A stretch of DNA of 62,792 bases, the filler included, from Asterionella formosa (lineage: Eukaryota): assembly GCA_002256025.1 (NCBI GenBank). It is 13 parts of 13 records of this genome, joined end to end, with 100 filler letters (N's around TTAATTAATTAA, not from the genome) between each part and the next. Parts side by side here need not be neighbours in the genome. Positions count along the whole stretch, not along the records: positions 61,385 to 62,792 come from NKIB01002581.1; 12 more parts are not named here. One strand, given 5' to 3'. The position numbers and the translations under genes were made by a program. Below the pieces are notes generated by a model. It searched no databases and was not told the origin of the DNA. It saw only the letters and a program-made list of their open reading frames with translations. Below are positions 62,274 through 62,792 of this stretch, one piece after another (position 1 is the first letter of the stretch; every line of letters begins with the position of its first letter).

Positions 62274-62792
62274 TGTTAGTACTGCATACCAGTTACTTCA
62301 GTATACTCTACTAATATCCACGTAAGTGCGCAGATCCCGGTATATCCGATACACAACAGAAATAGATAATCTAATTAAACCCTCAGTTACTTGTAATTAC
62401 GTTGTCCTCAACCCGATTGCACGAACTCGTCACCCATCTCTCCTCCACAGGTTATTGATCCCTCTTGATCCCTGGGAGAGCAATGCGATCTCCATCGCCG
62501 ACCGACACCAATCTTGCCCCTCTCCCTGCCACATTTATTGGTGAAACCACGCCCTCATGGCCTACAGCGCCACCGCACCATCATGGGGGTGCCGCCCATC
62601 CATATCCTGCCGCTATCTCTGCTGCACACGGGAGCCCTTCCGCTTCATCGGTCCCCACTGGGTATTCCCTTCCCTCGGCCCACGACTTCCCGGTTTACTT
62701 CTCTTCGTCGCCAGAATTCATTGCATCCTCCTCCCATCGTTCTGCGCCTCCTCTGCGCCATTCAGCACCACATACCATGAGTCCCTATCCTT
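62274..62792 (+). mobile_element. Possible degraded copia 5' LTR, PBS and gag start
   Basis: ...TCCACA followed by GGTTATTGATCCC, which resembles the copia GGTTATGGGCCC-type PBS, then C-rich sequence like 53009-53734. Confidence 0.3.

Overview
Eukaryotic DNA, most likely a diatom. Evidence: signal peptide + F-motif bipartite plastid presequences, short GT-AG introns, and diatom-type copia/gypsy/Harbinger elements. The window is not contiguous. It is 13 contigs joined by artificial 100-nt linkers (N44-TTAATTAATTAA-N44): 1-23051, 23152-46185, then eleven of ~1.4 kb. Host genes: plastid WD40 protein, 2OG-Fe(II) oxygenase, Tim23, COQ2, AlaX, plastid homoserine dehydrogenase, an unknown plastid membrane protein, PAP2 phosphatase, DA1-like LIM peptidase, 4-exon plastid-targeted HPPD, a coiled-coil protein and PP2C. 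Much of the rest is transposon-derived: copia, gypsy, non-LTR, PIF/Harbinger, Plavaka-like, CACTA, MITEs and tandem arrays. Most notable: (1) a strand-symmetric (GGTACCW)n repeat scattered through the window, often upstream of genes; (2) three copies of a short-LTR gypsy-like element with different flanks, all starting immediately after GTACCTGG, suggesting targeting of that repeat; (3) a Harbinger element with TIRs and a TSD carrying a DUF6818/Myb-like ORF; (4) a large repeat-laden element family ending in GTCTTAGATG. All family assignments come from motif recognition, not database searches.
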